This document shows positions 40,148-49,505 of a stretch of 57,787 bases of DNA, one piece after another. Location of the stretch: the IMG/VR virus record IMGVR_UViG_3300044918_000111, positions 1 through 57,787 of that record; one strand, given 5' to 3'. Numbering within the stretch: position 1 is the first letter of the stretch; every line of letters starts with the position of its first letter. Source of the DNA: a virus (lineage: Duplodnaviria; Caudoviricetes). The notes beneath the pieces were generated by a model, which searched no databases, was not told the origin of the DNA, and was given only the letters and a program-made list of their open reading frames with translations. A program made the translations under genes and the position numbers.

Positions 40148-40703
40148 TCATTCGACGCACGGGCACGGCCGAACCAGGAAACAGTCGGGGCACACGACCT
40201 CGCGTGGCCCGAGCGTGTGCGGGTCCGGTCTTGGCCGGCACGCGTCGTGCACGAGCTCGTCGTTCTCGTCGTACCGGACGGTGTCGCCCGGATGAATGCG
40301 ATAGCCGCAACCGGCAGGGCAGAGGCCCTTGGACTCGAACTGTGCCCGGAACGGGTTACCGGGGCTCATCGCCATCCGCCTCGTCGTCAATCACTTTGGA
40401 CTGGTGGTGGTGACCGCATAGCGGCCAGATCACCCCGCACCACGAGCACTGGGGGCCGTTGCCGTTCATGTCGAACACGCCCCGGGCGGTCGCGGCACCG
40501 AAGCGCTCCATCTTGTCGATCACCCAGTCCGCGACTACGCGCGCCCGGTCGTCGTCCTCGATGCCCAGCGTGTGCTGAACTTCGCGGATGAATTTGGATG
40601 ACGCGACCTGACGGGGCGGGTACGACATGACCGGGCGGTCAGGGCGTATCGAGTCCTCGGCGGTCTGCATGATCTCGCTGAACTCGTCCGACTGAGGCGT
40701 CAT
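40148..40703 (-). CDS. Two small Cys-rich hypothetical genes (40148-40390 and 40356-40703)
   Basis: Overlapping ORFs with CxxC motifs. Confidence 0.55.
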
Positions 40704-41755
40704 GATTCACCTCGCCCGGACGTGTCGGCGCCCATCGGTTCGACCATCCGCCAGACGGCGTCGGTGATGTCCTTCCCATCGAGCAGGGAGAACACCAGCC
40801 CGCGTACGTCCGGGAGGATCTCGCGCGTGATGTACAGCGCCTGATCTTTCCGAGTCTCGAAGCCGCGCGCGTGGACAGCTGCTACCCACGCATGCGCGCC
40901 AGCCACCGTCCAGCTGTGCTGTGCGAGCAGAGGTTCGGCAGTCTCAAGCGCCCACTGGTGGAACTCATCCGGAAGGGACACGGCAAACTCTTCGAACGTG
41001 CCTGCGCGAAGCTGCCGCCACACCTCTTTGGTGGACAACGACGAGACGATCCGGTGCAGCGCGAGGTAGTCCTCCTGCTTGAACTTCACCGCGCGCTGCG
41101 GGTCGAGCCACACCACCCAGCCTTCGGCGTTCTCTCGACTGGGGAGCTCGATAATCTCCCGCAACGTCTTCGCGTTCGGTTCGTCGCGACGGCGCACCGG
41201 GTAGAAGTCTCCGGATGCGTGTTCGACCGCTCCGAGGAACATCAACGCGTCCATGTCGCCGTAGTCGAGAACGATCCGGTTGCCGGGGAAGATGATCTCG
41301 AACAGGTCGGTCTGACCGTCGATCGGGATCGGGAGCCCTTCGGGCTGAGCGTGCAGCAGCGAAGTCGCGTGGATCGCCTGATCCGATGTGAATGATCCCC
41401 GCGTGGCGATCGCATAGCGGCCGTCCGGCTGACGGTATCTGATCCCCAGGGACCCGTCCCACTTGTTGTGAGCGGACAGGATCGGCGCGTCGGGCGACAG
41501 GTCCCCCGTGTTGGTCGTGTCGCCGTAGTTGTAGAACTTCGCGAACGGCCGCGCGACGATTTCGCTCGTCTCACGGTTGTAGATCAGCCCGCGCGTCCGG
41601 CGCGTGACGTCCGTCCAGTGCTGATCAAACTGGCACCGATCGGTGTAGTTCAGGATCGCGAGTTCTGGGAACTCGGGGTGGAACCTCTCGGTCACGTAGC
41701 CGGCGTGGAGCTCGTTCGCCAGCATGTCGGTGTCGATGATCTCGTTGAGCTTCAT
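40700..41755 (-). CDS. T4 Rnl1-type RNA ligase
   Basis: RGLI…ARPFAKFYN, KWDGS (motif I), ATRGSF, FEII, EGWV, KFK. Confidence 0.9.
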   Translation of the reverse strand: MKLNEIIDTDMLANELHAGYVTERFHPEFPELAILNYTDRCQFDQHWTDVTRRTRGLIYNRETSEIVARPFAKFYNYGDTTNTGDLSPDAPILSAHNKWDGSLGIRYRQPDGRYAIATRGSFTSDQAIHATSLLHAQPEGLPIPIDGQTDLFEIIFPGNRIVLDYGDMDALMFLGAVEHASGDFYPVRRRDEPNAKTLREIIELPSRENAEGWVVWLDPQRAVKFKQEDYLALHRIVSSLSTKEVWRQLRAGTFEEFAVSLPDEFHQWALETAEPLLAQHSWTVAGAHAWVAAVHARGFETRKDQALYITREILPDVRGLVFSLLDGKDITDAVWRMVEPMGADTSGRGES

Positions 41756-42636
41756 CAGAAGGCCCCTTCCTGGGCTTGGAAACACTTCAGTCCGAGGTCG
41801 CGCCACATGCGCACCACCTGGTTGCGGTCGTCGATGACGCCGCGGACATGGAACCGGTCACGCACGTGCTGGTTGAACAGTTCGGCCTTCACGGTCGAGT
41901 CGGCGCGCGTGTCGCCAGCGGGCCGCATGTGCAGCTCGTCGTAGCGGATGTTGTTGTCCTGCAACCACGTCTCCGTCTCGGGACGGCAGGAGTCTTCGCG
42001 CCCGGACATGATGACGATGTGGTGTTCGACGTTGAGCGCGTTCGACAGGTGTGCGACGCTCTCGTCGACGGCGTCTTCATGCACGCGTGTGTAGTCGTAT
42101 GGTGACCGCCCCGCCATGTGGGCGAGGGTCCCGTCGATGTCGAACAGGTACGCGCCGGGAAGGTTCAGGTCCGGGACGTATCGATCCCCCACCGTCAGGA
42201 CCTCGAGAGGTGGTTCGGGCAGTTGCCCCAGCCTCGTGAGCCGCGTGTACGTCTTCTCGATCGCTTCCCGCGGGATCGGGTCCTCCCTCGTCGCGTTCCT
42301 CGCGATCGCGATGTGCAACTCCACGGGGAAGTCCCGGAACTCGATGTCGTACCCGAGGGTGGTCCACTGCTTCACCCACTTCGCACGCAGGTTCATCGCA
42401 TCGACCACGACGTCTTTGCCCTTGTCGAGAGCGGTCTTCGCGATCGCCCTTTCCGCGGCCGTGACGTTCTGTTCCTGCTCCCAGGAGAGCAGCATGTCGG
42501 TGGCGCCGTAGAGCATGCGGCGCAGGTCGTCGCGGTTCACGCGGACGCGGCGCTGCGGGTATTCCTGTACCCACGCTTTGGCCCAGGTGGACTTGCCGGA
42601 TGCGGGGATGCCCCGCGTGAGGATCAGCTTCGGCAT
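41755..42636 (-). CDS. Polynucleotide kinase/3'-phosphatase (T4 PseT-like)
   Basis: GIPASGKSTWA and NRDDLR kinase motifs; FDIDGT, SGR, K, DDR HAD motifs. Confidence 0.93.
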   Translation of the reverse strand: MPKLILTRGIPASGKSTWAKAWVQEYPQRRVRVNRDDLRRMLYGATDMLLSWEQEQNVTAAERAIAKTALDKGKDVVVDAMNLRAKWVKQWTTLGYDIEFRDFPVELHIAIARNATREDPIPREAIEKTYTRLTRLGQLPEPPLEVLTVGDRYVPDLNLPGAYLFDIDGTLAHMAGRSPYDYTRVHEDAVDESVAHLSNALNVEHHIVIMSGREDSCRPETETWLQDNNIRYDELHMRPAGDTRADSTVKAELFNQHVRDRFHVRGVIDDRNQVVRMWRDLGLKCFQAQEGAF

Positions 42637-42666
42637 GGGGATGCCCTTCTCCCGGGCATCCCCGGG

Positions 42667-43059
42667 TCAGTGTGGTGCTGGTACTTGTTCGCGAGTGGTC
42701 GCGTCGATGAGCTCGTACCAGAGCCCGTCCGGGTATCGGACGGGTGTTTCTCGTGCACGGCGCAACGTCGCATCATTGGTCGACGCTTGGAGAACCAGCA
42801 GCCCGTCACGGATCAGGCGCTCCTTCGTGTCCCCGGTCGCGTCTTCCTTCTTGCCGTTGCAGATGATGCAGATGCCGGCGAGGTTCGCGGGATGATTGAG
42901 CACCCGCGAACCTCCCGCACCACGACCGGCGCGGTGGTCGGTCGTCTCGGCTGTGCCCGTGCAACCAGGGAGCCGGTAGATGCAAATGCCGCCATCCCTG
43001 TGGATGACGTCCCTCTTGATCTGAATCGGCGGGTGGTTCAGCCCCTTGCGTTTGTTCAC
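42667..43059 (-). CDS. HNH endonuclease
   Basis: RDGGIC…DHRAGRGAGG…NL…CIICNGKKE. Confidence 0.8.
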   Translation of the reverse strand: MNKRKGLNHPPIQIKRDVIHRDGGICIYRLPGCTGTAETTDHRAGRGAGGSRVLNHPANLAGICIICNGKKEDATGDTKERLIRDGLLVLQASTNDATLRRARETPVRYPDGLWYELIDATTREQVPAPH

Positions 43060-43595
43060 GCCCTCCCCGCGATCCGCGCCAGGTCTGCACGCTTGTGACA
43101 CGGAACGCACATCGGGACATAGAACGACGGATCAACGCTGTACGCCCCCACCTCCGACGTGAGCTCGGCCGGGCCGGAGTGGGTGTAAGCCCACTGCTCG
43201 GCAGGCTTCCCACATTCACACGTGTGCTCCTGTGCTCGCCCGCGGACGGCACGGACGCGCATGTGAGCACCGCTATAGGAGACGACCTGCCGTCTTCCGC
43301 GGCGTCGTGGGCGCATGGTCACGCCGAGTTGCCGCAACTGTCGCGACACCTGGGACGCATCCAGTCCGATCAGCGCACCCACCTCGGTCGTGCTCTGGCC
43401 CGACTCGTAGAGCTCTCTCATCTGCTGGTCCCGGGCGGCGTCGCGCTCTCGCGGTTTGCGATCTGGACGCTTGTAGTCGCCACGGGCTTTCAACCCAGCG
43501 TGCCCATTCCGACGAACACGCACGTAGTGCTTCTCGCACATCGTCGCGTTCTTGGAACGGACGCCGTCCTCGCAGCCGTCGACGACGCAGATCAT
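43056..43595 (-). CDS. Zn-finger + HTH + HNH-like protein
   Basis: CVVDGC…CEKHY, central HTH, YSGAHMRV…CECG…MCVPCH. Confidence 0.7.
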   Translation of the reverse strand: MICVVDGCEDGVRSKNATMCEKHYVRVRRNGHAGLKARGDYKRPDRKPRERDAARDQQMRELYESGQSTTEVGALIGLDASQVSRQLRQLGVTMRPRRRGRRQVVSYSGAHMRVRAVRGRAQEHTCECGKPAEQWAYTHSGPAELTSEVGAYSVDPSFYVPMCVPCHKRADLARIAGRA

Positions 43596-43737
43596 GACGG
43601 TTCGTGTGCGATCGCATTGCGGGCGGCGTCCATCGCGTCATCCCACGTGTCGAACTGGCGCGACTTGATAATCCCCACAGGGCTCTTCCCCATCGAGAGA
43701 TACCAATGCCCCGACTCACCCCACCAGACGTAGGGCT

Positions 43738-44133
43738 TCACGATTCCGCCTTCGGCTTCCGCTTCACCGGGTTGGGCAGGATGCCGAGGTTCCTCATGGC
43801 ACGGGATCTCGCGATTGTGTCGGCGGACTCGAGCGGTGCGGCGGCGATGATCGGATTCTGGTCCTTCGTGGACCCCTGAGCCCATGCGGACGCGTCCGGC
43901 CGGCCCTCCGGCTCACCCGTCCACACGTTCGCCCGTACCACGTAGGTCACGTTCCCGTCCGGGTGTTCGATGATCCGCTCGAGGTCGGTGTCCACGAACC
44001 CGTCCTTGTGCTTGCGTCGGAACGCGGCGAACCTGTCGGCGGCGCGGACGATCTCCTCGTCAGTCGGTTCGACGCGTGGCGGCTTGTTCAGCCGCGACTT
44101 GCCGGTCGCTTCGGGCAGTTCGATGTCGGTCAT
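43738..44133 (-). CDS. Rad52/Sak-like ssDNA annealing protein (putative)
   Basis: ESADTIARSRAMRNLGI resembles the Rad52/Sak3 C-terminal helix motif; follows the RecE-like gene. Confidence 0.55.
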   Translation of the reverse strand: MTDIELPEATGKSRLNKPPRVEPTDEEIVRAADRFAAFRRKHKDGFVDTDLERIIEHPDGNVTYVVRANVWTGEPEGRPDASAWAQGSTKDQNPIIAAAPLESADTIARSRAMRNLGILPNPVKRKPKAES

Positions 44134-44960
44134 GCTGCGTTCTCCATGTCGATGTGGTCATAGATCGCGAACTGGGGCGGTCTGACGAGTTGGATATCTG
44201 TCGGGTATCCGGGCCACTCCCCCGTTTCGAGGGCGAGCGCGTACCGTTCCCGTGCGCGGCGTGCTTTCGCGATCCCGATGTCTTTGAAGTCCGGGTCGAG
44301 CCGTGCGGGGAGGATGTGGAACGGTGGTTCCGTCTCGACGACAAGAAACACCATGTCCGCGACATCCTCCCCGGCGAGCTCGGCGGTGAGCGTGTAGTGC
44401 GCCCACGAGACGTCGTACCCGTACTCGACGATCGATGATGCGAACTTGTGCAGTCGTGCACCGCCCTTCCGTGCCGTTTTCAGGTCGACCGCGACACGCC
44501 GGTCGGCGGGCAGGAAATCGAACCGGCACCGGATGTCCACCCCCGTATCCGGGTCGGTGGTGAACATGGATGCTTCCGCGTCCCCGTCACGTTCGAGCAG
44601 CGCCCGGGCTGTGGGGTGTCGGAGGACGGCCTGTGCGGTCGCGTGGACCTCTTCCATGTCCTTCTTGAGCATCGGGATCAACCCTGCCGCTCTGGCTTCG
44701 TCGCGCGCTTCCTGCGCCTTGTTCGTCCGGTAGTTTTCGAAGTCGAGCTCCTCCACCCCGTACCCGGTCCCGAGGACTTCCGCGTGAACCGCCGACCCGA
44801 AATCGAACGCCGCTTTCTCGGTGCGGTGTCCCTGGTTGATGACCCAGTCGAACGTCGCCGGAGAATCGAGCAGAAGCTTTGCCCCTGACGAGGAGAGCGA
44901 CGGGTGTGCGTGGTACTCATGCTCAGGGAGCCCAAGTACCAGCCCCTCGTAGGCGGTCAC
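44130..44960 (-). CDS. RecE/exonuclease VIII-like PD-(D/E)XK nuclease
   Basis: EYHA…LSSSG, FGSAVH, RCRFD, VDLKT. Confidence 0.9.
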   Translation of the reverse strand: MTAYEGLVLGLPEHEYHAHPSLSSSGAKLLLDSPATFDWVINQGHRTEKAAFDFGSAVHAEVLGTGYGVEELDFENYRTNKAQEARDEARAAGLIPMLKKDMEEVHATAQAVLRHPTARALLERDGDAEASMFTTDPDTGVDIRCRFDFLPADRRVAVDLKTARKGGARLHKFASSIVEYGYDVSWAHYTLTAELAGEDVADMVFLVVETEPPFHILPARLDPDFKDIGIAKARRARERYALALETGEWPGYPTDIQLVRPPQFAIYDHIDMENAA

Positions 44961-45331
44961 AACAGCACCTCCGTGAACGATCTGGGGAGGATGATGTTTT
45001 CTGGTGCGTCGGCGAGCAGTGGCGCGATCTCACCTGGCGTGTACCCGGCGATCCCGCATCCGATCGGGGTGAGCAGGAACGTCAGCCCGGGGCGCTCCGT
45101 GGCGAAACGGATGAACACCTCCACCTCGCCCCGGAGGGCGTCGAGTCCGCTCATCGTGTCGATCGCGTACGACTGCCCGTGCAGCCCGTGACCTTCACCC
45201 ATCACGGCACCGAAGTGGTCGAGGGCGGCGCGTGCAGCACCCGCCCCGTGAATCCCGGCAGCGTTGCTACCGAACACGAACACCTCCCCCGATTCGAGAG
45301 AGGTGATGACATCAGGCGTGTTCCTTGTCAT
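44957..45331 (-). CDS. Macro-domain-like protein
   Basis: FVFGSNAAGIHGAGAA and TPIGCGIAG glycine loops. Confidence 0.6.
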   Translation of the reverse strand: MTRNTPDVITSLESGEVFVFGSNAAGIHGAGAARAALDHFGAVMGEGHGLHGQSYAIDTMSGLDALRGEVEVFIRFATERPGLTFLLTPIGCGIAGYTPGEIAPLLADAPENIILPRSFTEVLL

Positions 45332-46089
45332 GCCTTCACGACCTTCCCGCCCCGCAGCGTGTAGTACACGTCCGGTTCGATGTTCTTCCCGTCGACGATG
45401 ACCGCCTCAGCGGCGACGATCGTCCACTCCTCGTCACGCTCCGTCAGGAACAGCGCCGTACCGAGCACACCACGTGCGCGACCGTTGTAGCCGGACGCGA
45501 GCGCCACCGACTTCTCCCCGCTCGCCGTGGCCGCGCCGTACCATCCGCTCGCCGTGGCCGCGCCGGACCGCCCGCTCGCCGTGGCCGCGCCGTACTCCCC
45601 GCTCGCCGTGGCCGCGCCGGACTCCCCGCTCGCCGTGGCCGCGCCGGACCGCCCGCTCGCCGTGGCCGCGCCGGACCGCCCGCTCGCCGTGGCCGCGCCG
45701 TTGTCGATTTCCGCAGTTGCGAGGCCGTTCTTCGCCTTCGACACCCCACCCTTGGCGGGCTTCTTCGCATTCTTGAAGACGAAATCGATCTGTGCCTTGA
45801 TCAACGCGGGTAGCTCGATGCGGGCGCCGATCTTGATCTCCCGGCCAGCGACCTTCGAGTCGCCGTCAGCATCAGGTCCGACCACGTCGACGAGTTCGAC
45901 CTCGTGGTACACCGACTTGTTCGGCGGGTAGTAGGCGAGCACGTTGATCGGCTGCTGGACCGCATGGAACCCGGTCGAGCAGAGCTCAGCGGGACGGTCC
46001 TGCGTGTACGTCTCCCCGACTTCGTATTGGAAGCCGCGGCAGGTCAGATCCTGGTTGAAACCCTTGTAGGCGAGGATCGGTTCAGACAT
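45328..46089 (-). CDS. Phage protein with GAATASG repeat solenoid
   Basis: AYKGF…CRGFQYEVG…GFHA, seven GAATASG repeats, IEPDVYYTL. Confidence 0.8.
   Translation of the reverse strand: MSEPILAYKGFNQDLTCRGFQYEVGETYTQDRPAELCSTGFHAVQQPINVLAYYPPNKSVYHEVELVDVVGPDADGDSKVAGREIKIGARIELPALIKAQIDFVFKNAKKPAKGGVSKAKNGLATAEIDNGAATASGRSGAATASGRSGAATASGESGAATASGEYGAATASGRSGAATASGWYGAATASGEKSVALASGYNGRARGVLGTALFLTERDEEWTIVAAEAVIVDGKNIEPDVYYTLRGGKVVKA
45518..45700. repeat. Seven identical 21-bp units with 6-bp variable spacers (27-bp period, coding)
   Basis: CCGCTCGCCGTGGCCGCGCCG x7. Confidence 0.95.
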
Positions 46090-47184
46090 TCTTATTCTCC
46101 AAGAGGGTGATGAGTTCTTGTTCTCGCCGGGCGAGGTCGTCGTTCCCGGCGTGCATGGTGTTGTTGAAGTCGGCCGCAAGGGCGAACAGTGCACCGTTGT
46201 CGTGTCCTTCACCGATCCGGACGTACGACAGGACTGCTTCGTGCATCCGGCGAAGGAGCGCGAATGCGGTGGAGTGCTGGGCTGGTGTGAGGGTCGCCCA
46301 GTCGACGAGAGAGGCACCGTTTCCCATCAGCCGGCCAGTTTCTGGTACTTGTGCGCCCACCAGAACTCGTGGACGGCGAGGATGAGCATCGCGATAGTGC
46401 CGATGGTCATGAGGATCGCGAACGGCCACAGTCCGATCGTGAGAAGAAGAACGGCAACCGCTCCTGCGGTTGCCGTGAGTGCCAGGTGTCCGAGACCGAC
46501 AGTGCGTCGTTCCCTCGCCCACCGATCCCACATGCCGGTCATTCGATCCCCAGCCCTTCTACGGCTTCGTTGCGCAACCGCAGGGACTCCTCGAGTTGTG
46601 TGAACAGCCGCACAGCGTCCTCTCCGGTGTGGCTGAACTGTGCGAGAGCGATCAGGTTGGCGATCCTCTTCTGTTCGACCAGGGCGAGCGTGGCGTGCGT
46701 CTGTGCGTCGATGCTGCTCGCGACGGCATCCACGCCGCCCACGCTCGAGTTCTTCGCCATGATGCGCCGCGCCTCTGCGGCGTGGTCGATTCGTGCGCTC
46801 ATCGTTGCCCTCCGAACACTTTCTTGTAGAAGTAGCCGCCCGGGATGACCAGAGGCCAGAACGGGGCGATCATCATCGCGAGGGCGATCACCAGCACGCG
46901 GTCCATCGCGTCCAGGTCGCCATCAAACGGGGAACTGCTTGCCAGGAATCGGGCGATCGTGACCGTGAGCCCGAGATATCCGACGATGTACACGGTGAGG
47001 ACCACCCAGCCCACTACGTTCACGAGTCACCCCCGAGGATGTCGGTTGTGTGTGTGCGTTCGGTCTGCTTCGGTCGGCGGATCATCGCTCCGATGACCGC
47101 GACGACCAGGAGCACGGTGAACAGCACGACAGCAGCGACGAACACCACCAGCAGCCACAAGAGAACTTCAACCGGGCCGATCAT
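46082..47184 (-). CDS. Five small coupled genes, three of them membrane proteins (46327-46542, 46799-47023, 47020-47184)
   Basis: Hydrophobic helices; overlapping start/stop codons. Confidence 0.6.
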
Positions 47185-47537
47185 GCTGCACCCACGATCA
47201 GTCGCGCCTCTTCGACTGGAACAGCGAGTTCCCACACTGTCGATGCTTTGCCCTGTCGTGACGGTCTGCGCTCCCCCGACTCACGGATCACGTGATGCCG
47301 GGAGTGAAGTTCGGACAGGCGACGCTTCACGTTGTGGGCGTCTTCGAGCAGCGGCCACCGTTCCATCTCGGCCTTGTGGAAGTACACGGCCGTCAACTCG
47401 TCGGCCGTGCGGGGCTTCTCGTCGAGAAGGATCAGCAGTGCGTCTCTGAGACGTGCGGACACGTTCGCGTCGGTTGACTCTGCTGCGAGCTTCGACGTGA
47501 TCGGGTCGGTCGCGTGCGACATTGCGTTCAGGTTCAT
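47181..47537 (-). CDS. wHTH protein
   Basis: ATDPITSKLAA…TADEL…RRLSEL…ESGERR…VW. Confidence 0.7.
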   Translation of the reverse strand: MNLNAMSHATDPITSKLAAESTDANVSARLRDALLILLDEKPRTADELTAVYFHKAEMERWPLLEDAHNVKRRLSELHSRHHVIRESGERRPSRQGKASTVWELAVPVEEARLIVGAA

Positions 47538-47778
47538 TCGTCCATCCCCTGTCGGTAGTTGTTGAAGCGCGGGAGTCGGTGGTGATCCCATGCCCGTTGA
47601 ATCGCGACATCCAGGTACGTCGGGTTATCGGCACGGAAGAGCCGCCGTGAAAGGTTCATGACCGCGGATGTGCGCGGGTATGCGGACGCGAGCCGGTTGA
47701 AGATCGGCGGGCCCGTACGAACGAACCGTGGCCGGAATGACGCCAGCCCGGCCTGAGACGAAACGTTCTCGTGGACGG

Positions 47779-48309
47779 TCATGCCTGCGCCTTTTCCGGA
47801 CGCGGGTTATCAGCCCACAGTTCCGCAGTCGTCCACAGGATCGTCCTGATGACGGCCTGCCCGTTCGGGGTGATCGACGCGGCCACCGCGATCCTGTCCC
47901 CAACCCACAGCCACGAGTCGTGGCCGGGATGCCACAGCACCTTCGACGGCGCTTTGAGTGCCACCAGCACCTCCCGGTATTCGAGGTCACCGGATCGGCG
48001 CATCTGGTCGAACCGTTCCATCGCATGCTTCGACGCGACAACCCGGCCCAGGTCGATGACCGGCGCACCGGGTCGTTTCTCCGCACCCGCCAGCGGGTCG
48101 TTCCACGGCCTGTCGTACATGCGTCGGAGACGGTTCAGCATCACCTTCGCCGCGCCCGGTCGGATGTTCTTCGGCACGTTGTGCCGGGCACCGTCAGGGA
48201 ACCGGCACGAAACCTCGAGGGCGGTACGGTCGATCCGCACCGCCCCCATGTTCCGGAACTCCCTGTCGAGCCGTTTCGCGGGCTGCTTGAAGAAGTCCCC
48301 CATCGTCAC
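47779..48309 (-). CDS. Two-domain protein: HicA-like N-terminus plus DUF4258/BECR-like C-terminus (putative)
   Basis: SKHAMERFDQMRR…VLVALKAP…VIRTIL; pattern recognition only. Confidence 0.45.
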   Translation of the reverse strand: MTMGDFFKQPAKRLDREFRNMGAVRIDRTALEVSCRFPDGARHNVPKNIRPGAAKVMLNRLRRMYDRPWNDPLAGAEKRPGAPVIDLGRVVASKHAMERFDQMRRSGDLEYREVLVALKAPSKVLWHPGHDSWLWVGDRIAVAASITPNGQAVIRTILWTTAELWADNPRPEKAQA

Positions 48310-49349
48310 GCCCGCCTGCGGAGAAGGAAGACACCACCGAGAACAGCGACCACCGCGACCCCGACCGCGATGACAGGGATCTCCATGCCGGAGTTCGCAA
48401 GCTCACAGTCCAGGTCACCGACGAGGTTCGGGGCGACAGCGAACGTGGCCGTCGTGTCGTCCCCGGTGACAGTCCAATAGCTGCCGTCCGGGGTAGGGAG
48501 GGCGCCGAGCTTGTAACCCTCATCGACGGTGAACGTGAACTCGGTCGTGTTGGTGAGTTCGACGTCACCGCTGACCGGTTCCCCGTCGCGGCTCCACGAC
48601 CCATTGCTGATGGTCGGGAGGGTGAGAACAGCCGGCGTGTACACCGGCTGTTCGGCGACACATGTCCCGGTAGCGAGCTGCAGTGTCGGGGCAACGACCT
48701 CGACGACCTGACGGCAGTCGAGCCCCCAGAGATCGGATTCCTGGACGGTGTAGGTGCCGTTCTCGGTCACCGTCTCCACCGACTTGACCGTGCCGTCCCA
48801 CTTGAACTTCGTGACCTTCACCTGGCGTGTGCGATCCACCACATCCCCGACCTGGCTGTCACAGGTGAACACGACCTGCGACCACTCACCCGGTTCGATC
48901 AGGTCAGGCGGGGTCTGGCACCCCGTACCGACCGGTTCCTGACCGCCCTCACCGAAATGCTGGTTGTAGCCCTTGTTCGTGTGGATCTGCACCCACGTGA
49001 CGCAGAAAGGTTCCTTGGCGTTGAACCCACCCAGCGCCTCCCACGGCAGGAACGACTGCCCGTAGAACTGGTTTCTGGGGTCTTGATGATTGAACGGCAG
49101 ATTCCGCCACTCCGGGTTGTTCGGATCGGCGTACTTCGACTCGAAATGAATCGAGTACGTCTTCCCCTTGTCGTCACGCACGTTGACGTGCGAAGCGTCC
49201 GTGAACACGTCAACGTCCGGCAGGTAGATTCCCTGCGTGGTGACCGTGTATGGGGTCGGGCCATCCGAACCAGATGCCTGCGCGGGCAACGCAGCCCCGA
49301 GGACAAGGGCGACCGCAGCGACCGCCCCGACGATGAACTTCTTGAACAT
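48306..49349 (-). CDS. Secreted cell-wall-anchored protein
   Basis: Signal peptide ending AQA; C-terminal LANSG, hydrophobic helix, RRR. Confidence 0.8.
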   Translation of the reverse strand: MFKKFIVGAVAAVALVLGAALPAQASGSDGPTPYTVTTQGIYLPDVDVFTDASHVNVRDDKGKTYSIHFESKYADPNNPEWRNLPFNHQDPRNQFYGQSFLPWEALGGFNAKEPFCVTWVQIHTNKGYNQHFGEGGQEPVGTGCQTPPDLIEPGEWSQVVFTCDSQVGDVVDRTRQVKVTKFKWDGTVKSVETVTENGTYTVQESDLWGLDCRQVVEVVAPTLQLATGTCVAEQPVYTPAVLTLPTISNGSWSRDGEPVSGDVELTNTTEFTFTVDEGYKLGALPTPDGSYWTVTGDDTTATFAVAPNLVGDLDCELANSGMEIPVIAVGVAVVAVLGGVFLLRRRA

Positions 49350-49454
49350 GATCTCTCCCCTGTTGAACTGACGGCCCGGACAGGCCTTGGTATGAGAACG
49401 AGGCACGACGAAACGTCAGTGTCTTGTGATTCACGGTTGATAAGGCCGTGCCCC

Positions 49455-49505
49455 TGGTGCCGCCGCCCGGACTTGAACCGGGACGATGCCTTCACACTCG
49501 GCGGC
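49455..49505 (-). ncRNA. Mini tRNA-like element lacking an anticodon arm
   Basis: GCCGCCG-16nt-CCCGG TTCAAGT CCGGG-CGGCGGC-ACCA. Confidence 0.75.

Noticed and set aside
45518-45700. CRISPR-like repeat-spacer array
   Set aside because: Spacers are only 6 bp, the 27-bp period is in frame within a CDS, and there are no cas genes.
49455-49505. att-site tRNA fragment marking a prophage boundary
   Set aside because: It is internal to the early operon, 3.5 kb from int, and has its own matching 5' acceptor strand. Not formally excluded without the host tRNA set.
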